From the human T2T-CHM13v2.0 reference genome, Homo sapiens: a DNA stretch of 64,000 bases. Both the position numbers and the translations under genes were made by a program. Of the stretch, positions 16,451-34,008 are shown in pieces. Location: assembly GCF_009914755.1 (NCBI RefSeq), contig NC_060930.1, one strand, 5' to 3'. The notes beneath the pieces were generated by a model. It saw only the letters and a list, made by a program, of their open reading frames with translations. It did no database searches and had not been told where the DNA came from. The first letter of the stretch is position 1. Each line of letters opens with the position of its first letter.

Positions 16451-16847
16451 AAAACCATAGAGAAGAGTGTTTGTAAAAATCATAACTCTGAAAACAAAAT
16501 GGGCAGTGAGTTTCCTGTCCCTTGAGGTATTCAAGTAAACGCTGACTCACCCTTAATAAGGGTATTCTACTACAAATGTCTAGATCAAGTGAAAAGATGG
16601 AATTAATAATCTCTACAGGAAAGAGAGTTAACGCTTATTAAGCAACAACTATGTGCATAGGTGCTAGAACCTTCACATACTGTTATCTCATTGAATTCTG
16701 ATAAGAGTCCTTCAGCCTTCATGTTTTGAAACTCCTGTTTTAGAGATGAGGTGATCAAGTAACTTGCACGAATTCATACAAAGCAAATAAGTGGCAGCAT
16801 GGAACTGTCAGACTCTGTTGGTTTCCTACAACTGCTATAATAAATTA

Positions 16848-18729
<1,882 letters not shown>

Positions 18730-19912
18730 CAATTTTGAGGTTCAGAAGTCCAAAATGGGTTTCGCTGGCTTAAAATTGAGGTGTCAGCTGGGCTACATTC
18801 TTTTCTGGAGGGTCTAGAGGAGGATCTATTTTCTTACCTTTTCAACTTCTACAAGCTGCCCGCAATCAAGGACTCTCAGCCCCCTTCCATCTTCAAAGCC
18901 AGCAGTGGTTGGCTGAGTCTTTCTCATATTCAACGCTTTGACATTGACTCTTCTGCCTCTCTTTCAGAGCCCCTCATGCTTATATTAGGCCCACCTGGAT
19001 AATATCCCTACTCTCAGAACAGCTGATTAACAACCAACATCCCAGCTGCAACGTTAAATTCCCCCTGCCCAGGAACCTAACATATTAACGGGTTCTGGGA
19101 ATGAGGACACGGACATCCTTGGGGTCTGTTATTCCACCTCCACGAACTTTAAAGCCTATGTTTTTTTGTTTGTCATACTCCCTTCTCACAAGGTCTCTTA
19201 ATGTCTTTTCCAATTCTAAAAGTAAAAGTCATGGTCCCTGCTTTTGAGCTTCCAGAGAGGTTAGGGTGGTGAGGCCAACCTGAGTACAGTGCGGTGCTCA
19301 GTTCAGGTCTGTCAGTGAAAAGGCCTGTGATGGAAACCACAGCTGTACTCAGTTTACAAATTCCCTCGCTATGCAAACCTAATGCACATCTTTAGTTCTA
19401 TCAAGCTGTGGTCATAAGATAACTTGCTGTGTGGATACAGATAGGGTGTAGAACTAACTGATTTGGGGGTTGCGTTGAAGAAAGAAAATGATGTCCCAGA
19501 GGCAGTGGGGGGTGGGGGGGGGGACGGGGCCGGTGTTGAGGAGAAAGTGGCAGTAAGGTCCTGTGAGAGAGGCCGAGGGGCACTTTGGAGGGCAAAAGAG
19601 GTGGCCACAGAGACGTCAGAAGAACCCTTTCTTAGTACCAACGCCTCATGGTCAGGCCAGAGCCTGGAACCCTCTCGATGAAGTTTCTGGCAAGAAGAAT
19701 GCCCTCAAAATTCAAAACGCTTCTGCTTCATTCTTTGTGAGCCAGCAAGTTTAGAAAAGGGGCCTTCCATAAAGACTAAAGCAATCGTGGAAATTCTTAA
19801 TGATGTTATGAGAACCGCAAGGTGAGCACTTTGGGTGGTGGTGGTGAGAGTAAAGAAGAATTCCATGGTAGAAGAAACTAAAAAAAAAGGGGATGGGGGT
19901 CTAAAAAGAACA

Positions 19913-20251
<339 letters not shown>

Positions 20252-20339
20252 CTAGGAGAGCCTCTCCCCAAGGCCTTTCCAGCCCTGGGTGGACATTTTG
20301 CATCCCCAAGTCAGGAGTATTTTAAAAGCATCTTTATCA

Positions 20340-20548
20340 CAGTGGTGCTCGGCTACTGCAGAATCAAAGCAGGTTTAGACACTGCCAGGATCAGAATCAT
20401 ATTGAGGTACTTGTTAAAAATGCAGACTTGGAAGGTGGTGGGGGTGGTCTTCATGTCAGACCTTCCCAATCAGAATGTCTAGAGTTGGGGACCAGGAATC
20501 TTCATCTTAAACAAGATCCTAAAAAAAAAAAAAAAAGTTGAGAGCCAA
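20340..20548. mobile_element. MER5-type hAT MITE (similar remnants at ~21570-21690 and ~31880-32000)
   Basis: AGAATCA...CTTGTTAAAAATGCAGA...AATCAGAATGTCT...CCAGGAATC motifs. Confidence 0.65.
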
Positions 20549-22484
20549 GGTGGCACATTTTCTTCACTGCCAGAGAGATCATTAAAAATAAATTAACACC
20601 TCATCATCAGGTGAAGATGAAGGAACTAGGGCAAGAGGAAGAAAATGTGAGAAAAAAAGATTTCTGTTTCCTGGTACTGTGACCACCGCCGACAGCAGCC
20701 TTGAGAACTGCGAATGTGGTTGCTAACAAGCATTCTAGATTCCCTAAACTGTCTGCTTTCAGACTCAAAATTTTGTGCCACTGAATATTTAGTAAGCAAC
20801 AGCTTACTGAGAAGATAGGGACAGGGCTGTATTTTGCTCCCTTAAATAATATTAATTGAATTATCATATCGTCTATAGCTATGGTAAGAATATGTATTCA
20901 TTGCAGTGGGAAGAACTATCAACAGCGTTTAAAGGGAGCATGTTCCCTCAAGCATGTATTTGCCTATTCACTGATGGCTGTTATAATTTTAGGCAAATTA
21001 TGAGAAAAGTAACCACATGGATGCACACTGGGTACAGCTAAAATTTTTTTCAGATAAAAAAAGCAACAACAAATATCTAACTATGTCTGCCATTATTGAT
21101 CTTATTCCAGATGGGCTTCTGGTTGTGGTTCAGGGTTCAAACTCTCTTGCTGAGTGAACCATCTTTATTTAAATAACCTTTAAACACTCAATACTGTTTT
21201 TTTGTCACCCTCTGCATGGAGGAATACATGCACCACACCTATCTAGACTATTTTTCCTCTAAAGGGTGTGGCCAAGGCTACACCTAAGTCTTTTGTGTGT
21301 TCAAGCTAAGTAAGAATTCTGTGGCTAGAGACCAATTCTTTTCATTTTTTGAATGTTTCATCAAAACTAGTTGAGCTACATGTGTGAATGGAGGGTATGG
21401 GCATTTAATGGAGACTGCTTTACAAGGCTGGAGATAAATTGCTATTTCTCTCTCCTCCTTTCACTTCTTTAAATTTCATGTTCTTAAAAGATCCCACCTA
21501 TTCTTTAAACTTTCAACCCCTGAGTAATTTGCTCTCCAAGAGAAATTTTTCTTTAGGTGTGTCTTGCCATAAACCAAAGTTCACACCCTTGGCTATTCGT
21601 CCGAATCACCTAGGGAGCTTTTAAAAAATACTGATGCCAGGGCTGTAGTCCAGACCAGGAAAATAAAAATCTCCTGGGATGATCCCCAGCAAGATATAGG
21701 CAAGTTTATTCTAAAAGGTATATGGAAACAGAAAGAACCTAGAATAGCTAAGATAGTTTTTGAAAAAGAATAAAGTAGAAAGAGTCACTCCAACTACTGT
21801 TAAAGCTTATATAGTTATGGTAATCAAGACAGCATGGTGTGATGGAGGTTTAGATACATATGTGATCTGAGAGACCAAAATATCAACTAAGACAGACCCT
21901 AAGCTTAAGCAAACAAAAGTTACCTATGGGTTGAGGGTTCGGGGCCCAGCGGCCATGGCAAATTTCTAAATTCCTACAGCTACAACAAAAACCACACCCT
22001 TGCTAAACTAACAATAGGAGTTATGGGGTTGTATTACAACCCAGACCACGGCAACTCTAATTGGACAGAGGACTGGCCTTACAAACATTCTTTTCTGAGA
22101 AGTAACAGCAGTCCTTATAGAAGTGATGCACAAACTGTCTTTGTGTACTATAGTTCACCTTTAAAGAGCCAAATTCCACTTAATTTTAATGCTAAGACCC
22201 CGCCCCAAAGTGAACATGGATCATTTGTAACATACATTTGCCCATTGTGCATGCACTTTGCTCCCCTCATAAATACGTATAGTTTTCCCCCCAAACTTGC
22301 TGAATATGTACGACTCTAATGTGTGATACAAGCCTTGTGAGGCACAAAACTCAACCTGTAGTACTTTCCTCTTCAAGGAGAGAGCAGCTTCGGCCCACAT
22401 CAAAGACTGTTTCTTCCTGGTTTGCAAACCAGTATCACCAATAAAGCGCTCCCTTCTACTATTAAGCCATCCTGGTGATCTTTT

Positions 22485-24521
22485 TGAGACAGGAGAGTTC
22501 CCTTGGCCTCTTCTCAGGACTCAGGAAGTGGATGGCTTTTTTACTCGGCCACTGCGCTCAATCCCTTATGGGAGGGAGCACACAAGCTGATGGGTGCAAG
22601 AACCACAAGGAATACTGGAACCAGCCAGTCGCTCCTCTCTGGCGGGAGCAGGCTCTGTGCAGGCCCCACAGCGGCGTCCAAGCATGTTACGATGCTCTTT
22701 TAGCTCTGCCATCCAGGAGCGGGTGTCTGCAACCCCCGGAGCCCCAGAGGGGATATGTTACAGTCAGTGCTGTTTTAGCATTTTCTATCCACAGACGGCT
22801 GTTAACCAGCTCAGTGGAGGGTCAGGATGATAGCCTTTGACATCTTGCTCTCTTGGTACCCAAATTCTTGTCCAGTGGCATCCAGGAAGAATCAGGTCAC
22901 ACAAACAAATTGAAGGGTGCTGAATGTGCAGGACTTTATTGAATGGTGGAAGTGACTCTCAGCGAGAAGGGGAGCTGGAAAGAGGGTGGAGCCGGAAGAT
23001 GATCTTTCCCTGGAGCCTGGCTGTCTCCACTCAAACTCCTCTCCAACTGAGAGTGACAGCGTGCTGGCAGTCCTCACAGCCCTCGCTCGCTCTCGGCGCC
23101 TTCTCTGCCTGGGCTCCCACTTTGGCGGCACTTGAGGAGCCCTTCAGCCCTCGGCTGCACTGTGGAAGCCCCTTTCTGTGCTGGCCAACGCCGGAGACAG
23201 CTCCCTCAGCTTGCGGGGAGGGGTGGAGGGAGAGGCGCGGGCGGGAACCGGGGCTGCGTCCGGTACTTGTGGGCCAGGGCGAGTTCCAGGTGGGCGTGGG
23301 CTCGGCACGCCCCACAGTCGGAGCGGCCGGCCGGCCCCGCCGGCCCCGGGCAGTGAGGGGTTTAGCACCTGGGGCAGCAGCTACTGTGCTCAATTTGTGG
23401 CCAGGCCTTAGCTGCCTTCCCGCGGGGCAGGGCTCGGGATCTGGAGCCCGCCTGCGCCTCCCCCGCCACTCCGTGGGCTCCTGCGCGGCCAGAGCCTCCC
23501 CGAGGAGCGCTGCCCCCTGCTCCAGGGCGCCCAGTCCCATTGACCACCCAAGGGCTGAGTGCGGGCACACAGCGTGGGACTGGCAGGCAACTCCACCTGC
23601 GGCCCCGGTGCCGGATCCACTGGGTGGAGCCAGGTGGGTTCCTGAGTCTGGTGGGGACTGTGGAGAACCTTTATGTCTAGCTAAGGGATTGTAAATACAC
23701 CATTGGGCACTCTGTATCTAGCTCAAGGTTTGTAAACACACCAATCAGCACCCTGTGTCTAGCTCAGGGTTTGTGAATGCACCAATCGACACTCTGTATC
23801 TAGCTACTCTGGTGGGGACCTGGAGAACCTTTGTGTCTAGCTCAGGGATTGTAAACACACCAATCAGCGCCCTGTCAAAACAGACCATTTGGCTCTCTGT
23901 AAAATGGACCAATCAGCAGGATGTGGGTGGGGCCAGATAAGAGAATAAAAGCAGGCTGCCTGCACCAGCAGTGGTAACCCGTTGGGGTCTCGTTTGCTTT
24001 TTGGTTTGCAATAAATCTTGTTGTTGTTCACTGTTTGGGTTCACATTGCCTTTATGAGCTGTAACACTGACTGTGAAAGTCTGCAGCTTCACTCCTGAGC
24101 TAGTGGGACCACGAATTCCCCCCAGAAGGAATAAACTCCAAATACATGTGAACATCAGAAGGAACAAACGCTGGACATGTATCCTTTAAGAACTCTAACA
24201 TTCACTGTGAGGGTCCACGGCTTCATTCCTGAAGTCAGTGAAACCAAGAACCCACCAATTCCGGACACGCAGCCACTATCTCCAGACATCCAGCAGCTTT
24301 TTGTCTTAATGTTTCAGATGCTTCTGTCTTCTGTGTGTCTGCTGAGTTTGGAGCTTGGGGTTCTTAAAGGCACAGAGTTGGGGGTGGGGCAGGCCAAAAG
24401 GCAACATTCAGGAAGGAAAATGAATGGTTGTCACTTTAGGCAGCAGGTCCAGTCTTCAAGGTGGAGCCCCTGCTAGGGACACCCCCACCCTCCAGTATTT
24501 CCCTTCCTCCTGTCTGTATCA
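22485..24521 (-). mobile_element. LTR1/LTR27/LTR28/MER52-family solo LTR, interrupted by LTR12 copy B
   Basis: Ends CCAGTATTTCCCTTCCTCCTGTCTGTATCA (complement of TGATAC.GACAGGAG start); colinear with 34395-35129. Confidence 0.8.
23048..24269 (+). mobile_element. ERV9 LTR12 solo LTR, copy B
   Basis: TGAGAGTGACAGCGTGCTGG...CCAATTCCGGACAC; TSD CAAC/CAGC; R-region AATAAA at 24010-24015. Confidence 0.95.
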
Positions 24522-24599
24522 TTGTGAACAGCACATACGTCAGTGGAACAGAAAACATAACCTAGAATGATATCCACACAAATATGCCCAAGTGATATT

Positions 24600-24795
24600 T
24601 TTAATGATTTTTAAAATTAACACGTAATAATTGTACATATTTATGGGGTACAGTGTGGTATTTCAATGCATATGTATGTTGTGTAATGATCAAATCAGGG
24701 TAATTAGTATATCCATCACCTCAAACATTTATCATTTGTGTTGTGAACATTCAAAATCCAATCTTCTAGCTATATGAAAACATGCAATAAACTGA
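24600..24795 (-). mobile_element. L1MA 3'-end fragment
   Basis: AATAATTGTACATATTTATGGGGTACAGTGTG...AATGATCAAATCAGGGTAATTAG. Confidence 0.8.
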
Positions 24796-24990
24796 CACTG
24801 AGTTTTGACAGATTCAAAAGCAATTTATTCAAAAAAGGATAGGCTTTTCAGTAAATGGCGCTGGAGCAACTGGGCCTACTTAGGCAAAAAATGAAGACTA
24901 GACCTCACATCTTATACAAAAGCTAACTGAAAACATCACAGACTAAACACAAAATATAAAACTGAATCTCATTTAAAAAATTAAAAAAGG

Positions 24991-25295
<305 letters not shown>

Positions 25296-25443
25296 ATATT
25301 GTGAATGCTGACTTCAATTAGTAAAATGTTAATTTGTACCTTTAAGCTACAATGATAACCACATAGCAGAAGGTTGCAGTGAGCTGAGACTGCGCCATTG
25401 CACTCCAGCCTGGGCAACAAGAGCAAAACTCCATCTCAAAAAA

Positions 25444-25486
<43 letters not shown>

Positions 25487-25523
25487 AATTTTAAAAGAAG
25501 AAGAAAATCTTCAAGACCTAAAG

Positions 25524-26935
25524 TATGATTCATTTTTACTCACACAACACTTCTGACACCAAATGTGTAGATTTTTTCCACACCACCAATTCTGCAACTC
25601 TCCGGACACCAACTGGGTGTCCAATTATTCCATTTAATTCTGACACCAACTACCCAGTGCAAGCATTAAACTCCACAGATAAAGGACTCAGTCCCACAAG
25701 ACTGACCTCGCTTTAGATGTGTCAAGAGACAAAATTACAACCAATTTTAGTTATAGATCTAATTGGCTTTTATTTACGATTCATGACTGCGCAGCCTTCA
25801 ATTTAATGATATAGAATGAGAGCTCCCACCAAGCAAGAGCAGAACAGTGTTATTTTGTTTCGTTTTGTTTTGTAAGATAGAAACAGGAAAACAGAACAAT
25901 AGAAAAATAACTAATTAACTTGAGATTACTTCGGTCTACTTGTTTTTGGTAAGGATTAAAGCAGAGGAAACTTCATTATCATGCCTACAGAAACTGACGT
26001 ATTTGAGAATTTGGCTATTATCTCTCTCCTCTGATTTCTCCAATGGTCAGATAAGCACCTTAGTTTTGATTTGGTGATATGCAACTTTAGTATGAGTGAC
26101 TCTATTTTAGTTTTTAGTCTTGTGTGTTGAGGCCTAGTGCAGGAACCTTGTCCCAAACCGTGACCTCCCATGATTTTTGTTTAACAGGTGCCAGCTGCAG
26201 GTCCTGGGCCTGCAGCACCTTTGACTGGCTATAAATGGGGTTCCCGTAATGCCCTTCTCAGGTTCAATAATTGGTTAGAATGGCTCACAGAATTCATGAA
26301 AGTGATTTATTTACCATTACCAGTTTATTATAAAAGATATTATCAAGAATATAAATGAATGGCCAGATAAAGAGGTATATAAAAAAGGTCCAGAAGGTTC
26401 TAAGCACAGTAGCTTCTGTCCCTTTCGAGTTGGGGTGCACCACCCTCCTGGCAGGTGGATATGTTCACCAATGGAGAAGCTCTCTGAACCCCATTGTTTA
26501 GGGTTTTTATGGTGGTTCCATTACACAGGCATGATTTATTAGGTCAACAGCCATTAGTGATTAACTCAATCTCCAGCCCCTCTCCCCTCCCTGGTGGGTG
26601 GGGGAGTGGGACTGAAAGTTACAACCTGCTGATCACATGGTTGGTTCCTCTGACAACCAGCCCCATCTTGAAGCTACAAAGAGGCCCTCCAGGAGTCACC
26701 TCATTAGCATAAATTCAGATGTGTTGAAAGGGGCTTATTATGATAATAAAAGCTATTCCTTTTGCTCCTGTCACTCAGGAAATTCCAGGGATTTTAGAAG
26801 CTCTTGTGTCAAAGACTATTGTAACAAGAGATGCTCTATAACCCCTATCACTCAAACAATTACAAGGCTTTAGGTGCTCTGTGACAGAAACCAAAGGCGA
26901 AGACCAAATGTATATTTCTTATTTACCACATCACA
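25524..26935 (-). mobile_element. MER21-family LTR, interrupted at 25720-26186
   Basis: ACAACACTTCTGACACCAAATGTG...CTCAGTCCCACAAGACTG...GACCAAATGTATATTTC...CATCACA. Confidence 0.8.
25720..26186 (-). mobile_element. ERV1 solo LTR (MER93/MER57-group; name uncertain)
   Basis: TGTCAAGAGAC...GGCCTAGTGCAGGA...CCTCCCATGATTTTTGTTTAACA; TSD GATG/GGTG. Confidence 0.65.
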
Positions 26936-27099
26936 CAGGGCTAGGTGAAGCATTCTTAGACTGAATGCCAAATGCATGGCCCATAAAAGAAAAACATAGA
27001 ACAATTGAATTTCACTGAAATGAAAAACTTTTATTCTATGAAAGACTCTCAAAAGAGGATAAAAAGACAAGCTACAGAGTGGAAGAAGATATTTACTAA

Positions 27100-27391
27100 C
27101 CGCCTATAATCCCAGCAGCTGTGGAAGGCCAAGTAGGGCAGATCATTTGGGTCCAGGAATTTGAGACCAACCTGGGAAACAAGACAAAACCCCATCTCTA
27201 CTAAGAATACAAAAAATTAGCCAGACATGGTGGTGCATGCCTGTAGTCCCAGCTACTGAGTAGGCTGAATCACTGGAAGTGGGAGAATCACTTGAGCCCA
27301 GGAGGTGGAGATTGCAGTTAGCCATGATCACACCACTGCACTCTAGCCTGGATGACAGAGTGAGACCCTGTCTTAAAAAAGAAAAAAAAAA
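27100..27391 (+). mobile_element. AluJ
   Basis: Diverged Alu inside L1. Confidence 0.9.
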
Positions 27392-27675
27392 GATATTTGC
27401 AAGCCACATATCCAACACAGAAGTTGTAGCTGAAAAATACAAAGAACTCTCAAAACTCAAAATAAAAAAGCAAGCAATCCAATTAGAAAATAGGCAAAAG
27501 TTATGAAGAGACATTTCACCCAAAGGAATATACAGATAGCATCAAATAAGCACACAAAAAGCCATTCAACATCATTAGCTATTAGGAAACCACACATTTA
27601 AATTTAAATGAAATATCACTATGTACTATCAGAATGCCTAAAATAAAAAATGACATCACCAAATGCGGGCAAGGA

Positions 27676-30068
27676 TGTTACAGCCCAGTGGATTCTTCTT
27701 GCCTGTTGCAAAGAAAAAGCCAATATACACTGAGACAGAAGGTGTTGCAACAAAGAAACAGTTTAATAATTGCAAGGCAGCTGAGCAAGAAAATGGGAGA
27801 TATTTCTTAAATCTGCCTCCAAGAATTTGGAGGATAGGGTTTTTAAGGACAGTTTGGTGGGCAGCAGTTAGGAAACGGCTATTGCTGATTGGTTGAGTCA
27901 GGGATGAAATCACAGGTGTGTCAAAACTGTCTTCCAGTGCTGAGTCAATTGCTAGGTGGGTGGGGTCACAGTGTGTCCAGAATTGGTGAGTTCTTGATCT
28001 CACTGACTTCAAGAATGAAGCCACAGACCCTTGTGGTGAGTGTTACAGCTCTTAAGGTGGCACATCTGGAGTGTGTCCCTTCTGATGTTCAGATGTGTTC
28101 CCAGTTTCTTCCTTCTGGTGGGTTCATGGTCTTGCTGGCTCAGGAGTGAAGCTGCAAACCTTTGCGGAGTTACAACTCTTAAGACAGCGTGACTGGAGTT
28201 GTTCATTCCTTCCCGTGGGCTCGTGCTCTCACTGGGCTCAGGAGTTAAGCTGCAGATCCTCACGGTGAGTTTTACCGCTCATAAAAGCAACATGGACCCA
28301 AACAGTGAGCAGTACCAAGAGCAAAAGAACAAACCTTCCACACCCTAGAAGAGGACCCGAGCAGGTTGCCAATGCTCGCTGGGGCAGCCTGCTTTTATTC
28401 TCTTATCTGGCCCCACCCACATCCTGCTGATTGGTAGAGCCCAGTGGCCTGTTTTGTCAGGGCGCTGATTGGTGCGTTTACAATCCCTGAGCTAGATACA
28501 AAGGTTCTCCACGTCCCCATCAGATTAGTTAGATACAGAGTTTGGACACACAGGTTCTCCAAGGCCCCACCAGAGCAGCTAGATACAGAGTGTCGATTGG
28601 TGCATTCACAAACCTTGAGCTAAACACAGGGTGCTGATTGGTGTGTTTACAAACCTTGAGCTAGATACAGAGTGCCGATTGGTGTATTTACAATCCCTGA
28701 GCTAGACATAAAGGTTCTCCAAGGCCCCACCAGAGCAGCTAGATACAGAGTGTCGATTGGTGCACTCACAAACCTTGAGCTAAACACAGGGTGCTGATTG
28801 GTGTATTTACAATCCCTGAGCTAGATATAAGGACTCTCCACGTCCCCACCAGACTCAGGAGCCCAGCTGGCTTCACCTAGTGGATCCCGCACCAGGGCTC
28901 CAGGTGGAGCTGCCTGCCAGTCCCGCACTGTGCGCTCACATTTCTCAGCCCTTGGGTGGTCGATGGGACTGGGCGCTGTGGAGCAGGAGGTGGGGCTCGT
29001 TGGGGAGGCTCCGGCTGCACAGGAGCCCATGGAGTGGGTGGGAGGCTCAGGCATGGCGGGCTGCAGGTCCCGAGCCCTGCGCCGCAGGAAGGCAGCTAAG
29101 GCTTGGTGAGAAATCGAGAGCAGCGCCGGTGGGCTGGCACTGCTGGGGGACCCAGTACACCCTCCGCAGCCACCGGCCCGGGTGCTAAGTCCCTCATTGC
29201 CTGGGGCCAGCAGGGCTGGCCGGCGGCTCCGAGTGCGGGCCCGCCAAGCCCACGCCCACCTGGAACTCCAGCTGGCCGGCAAGCGCTGCACGCAGCCCCA
29301 GTTCCTGCTCGCACCTCTCACTCCACACCTCCCTGCAAGCTGAGGGAGTGGGCTCCAGCCTTGGCCAGCCCAGAAAGGGGCTCCCACAGTGCAGCGGCAG
29401 GCAGAAGGGCTCCTCAAGTACCGCCAAAGTGGGAGCCCAGGCAGAGGAGGCGCCGAGAGCGAGCGAGGGCTGTGAGGACTGCCAGCACGCTGTCACCTCT
29501 CAACAGGACCAGTTGAGTCCATTTCTGGTTGTGGGTCATTGGTCTTGGTGGTGTCACTTGGTCCACCAGAATGAAAAGTCTGAAAAATATCTGAGACACC
29601 AGTCTTAAGTTTCACCATAGCAATGTTATCTATAGAAGCAACTACTGGAGAAGTTAAATCTTGTGACCACAAGCTATGTGACCCTTGAGCAGTAAGCAAT
29701 TATTAAAAAGCAAGTTAGGGAACAATGACTGGTTACTGTTTAACCATTCTTATATCTTAGCAGAATTCAGAATTAGCAGAATTAACTATGCCTATATCTT
29801 AGCAGAATTCAGACCCCTAATGTAATTTTAACTTTGTGGCCTTTCATTAGTTTTACAAAGGTGGTTTCAGTCCCTGAACAGGGAGGGAGTGAATTTTGGA
29901 GACTATTATCATCTTCGCTTTAAGGTTAAACTGTAAACATTTCTCTCATAGTTAGCATGGCCTACACGCAGGAATGAGCCAATGCTATTAGCTTGTGAAG
30001 TCTGAAATAGGATGGAGTCAGTTATGTTAGATTTTTCTCACTGTTATAATTTTGCAAGGGCAGTTTCT
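27676..30068 (-). mobile_element. LTR8-family solo LTR, interrupted by LTR12 copy C
   Basis: Ends GATGGAGTCAGTTATGTTAGA...ATAATTTTGCAAGGGCAGTTTC (complement of TGAAACCGCCTTTGCAAAATTAT); TSD AGGA/AGAA. Confidence 0.75.
27972..29502 (-). mobile_element. ERV9 LTR12C solo LTR, copy C
   Basis: TGTGTCCAGAATTGG...GCACGCTGTCACCTCTCA; perfect TSD ACAG/ACAG; seven ATTGG boxes. Confidence 0.95.
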
Positions 30069-30091
30069 AGAATACAAAGAAACTAGACTGC

Positions 30092-30669
30092 CATGGGGGA
30101 GAAAATATAATTTCTTTATTTTTCTTCATAGGTTCTTAGTTGAGACACTGTCCTGAAAACAAAAGTCAGATTAACAAGAGAAAAATCGCAGAAGTTTATT
30201 AAAGTGTGCTGTACCCATCATGCAGGAGAGACCTCAGTTCAAAACTATTTCAAAACTTTAGGCAGTTCAAAATGTCAGGCAGTGTTTTAGGGACCTTGCT
30301 TAAATAGTATTTAAGCATGTATTAAAGAGCCATGAATCCTATATAGTGACAGACAAAGAAAAGACCATCTTCAGGCTTCCAAAAAGCAGGAAAATGTGGG
30401 AAGGTAAATTTATGGCAAGAGTGGAGAATGCGTCTAGATCCTCTTGTGTCACTATATCTGAGCTCTGTCTCTGAGCTGATAAGACAGTGTTGTAAAGGGC
30501 CTTGTCTTTAGGTGGGGAAGGCACAGAGGGCAGGAAGACCTTTGTCTTTGTAAATTGCTGTCCAAACATCAGGCAAGCAAAGGTAGGGGCAGAGTGTTCC
30601 CCTGCATTTTAACCTTCTTCAGCTCAACAATACCCGGTATTCTAGAGAGAAATATTTTTGTTTCTTTCA
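30092..30669 (-). mobile_element. MER34-group solo LTR
   Basis: CAGATTAACAAGAGAAAA...AAGTTTATT, end AATATTTTTGTTTCTTTCA; TSD CTGC/CTAC. Confidence 0.65.
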
Positions 30670-31414
30670 CTACTCATTCATTGCTGGTGGGGAGTAAAAT
30701 GGTACAACCACTCTGGGAAACAGTTTGGCAGCTTCTTATGAAATGAAACACACACTAGCCTTACAACCCAGCAATTCCACAGTTGGTCATTTATGCCAGA
30801 GAAGAGGGAACTTATGTTTACACAAAACTCTGTACACAAATGTTGATAACAGCTTTATTCATAGCAGCCCCAAACTGGAAACAACCCCAAAATTTTTCAG
30901 TGAGTGAATGGTTAAATCAATTGCAGTACCTTTATACCATGCAATATCATGTACCAACAAAAAGAAAGAAACTATTGATGCATGCAGCCACTTGGATGGA
31001 TTTCAATGAATTGTGCTGAGTGAGAAAAGCCACTCTCAAAATCATATGCACAGTATGATTCATTTACATAACATCCTTAAAATAACAAAATCATAGAGAT
31101 GGAGAACAGACTAGTAGTTGCCAGGGGATTAGAAATGGAAGAGTAGCATAAGGGAGCCTTGTGGTAATGGCACATTTCTGTATGTTGATTGTAATGGTGA
31201 TTATGTGACTCTACATGTAAGGTAAAATTGCATAGAACTATGCTCATACACACGCACACACACACACACACACACACGAGTGTATGTAAAACTGGTGAAA
31301 TCTGAATAAGCTCTGTGGACTATACCAATGTTATTTCCCTGCAATTGATATTGTGCTATAGTTATACAAGGTTATCATTGGGGGAAACTGGGTGAAGGGC
31401 ACATAGGGCCTCCC

Positions 31415-31840
<426 letters not shown>

Positions 31841-32010
31841 GAAAGGGGAAGGGGAGGGGAGGAAAAAAAAAACAAAAAAAACTCATGCCTGAACCCTATC
31901 CCAGATCAGGTATAGCAAAATCCCCTAGGCTGGAACCAGAATATCAATATTTTTTAAACCCTCCCTAGGTGATGCTACTATGCATTCAGGGTTGAGCTGC
32001 TGTTGTTTTA

Positions 32011-32926
<916 letters not shown>

Positions 32927-33147
32927 TTACTACTCCTATGGCAGTGCTCAGAACAGTACCAGAACTTGTTTGTTATAAAGCCCCCAGACCCAACCTTAGC
33001 ATTTGCAGAGCCTGCAACAAGAGCACCACTTGAGACTCATATACCTTATATCTAAATAATTAAAAGTTATAAATCAAAATAAAATATATTCCATTCTTCT
33101 CGTTTGACATATATACCTTTGTAATAAAAAGAGAAAACTATGTGTAA

Positions 33148-33375
<228 letters not shown>

Positions 33376-33396
33376 TGAACTCCTGACCTCAACTGA

Positions 33397-33528
<132 letters not shown>

Positions 33529-34008
33529 TAAGTTTGGGTATTTTGTTGATGGGTTGGCAAATTTGGATGAGTACAAAGTTAAATATGGTATATAAAATTT
33601 ATAAGTTATTTCAGAAAAGTTATTTGTCTTTCATGCCTATCAGCAAACATCACTAGTTGTACTAATCAAGTTTGTGTTCTATTCTTGGTAATGATTTAAA
33701 GGATTAAAAAATTAAGTGCATTTGTAGTCAAAGTATCAGTTGAATGCATTTTCATAAAAATGTAAAGTAAGTTAAAATCAAAAACATGATTTGCCTATAA
33801 GCTTTCCAAAAATGTCATTTTTCTTCCAAACTTAAAAAAAAATCTGTAAAAATCAGTGACAAATTACAAATTATAATAATAAATATTAAATTTTAAATCA
33901 AATTACGTAAAGTTGACATTTTTGTTCTTTTTCCATATTGTAATTAAACATTATTCAATTTTTATAAATTTATAAATATTCATGATTGTAGTCTTCAATA
34001 TCCAACTA

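Larger units (their letters stand above)
21861..24533 (+). mobile_element. ERV1-class solo LTR (MER72/LTR48-like; name uncertain), interrupted at 22485-24521
   Basis: TGTGATCTGAGAGACC start, AATAAA at 22440, last 12 nt at 24522-24533 ending CA; 4-bp TSD CATA/CATA. Confidence 0.75.

Noticed and set aside
22924-23694. 256-aa ATG-started ORF, the longest in the window
   Set aside because: It spans an LTR/LTR12 junction. GC-rich LTR12 U3 is stop-poor in all frames, similar peptides come from the other three copies, and there is no recognisable domain.
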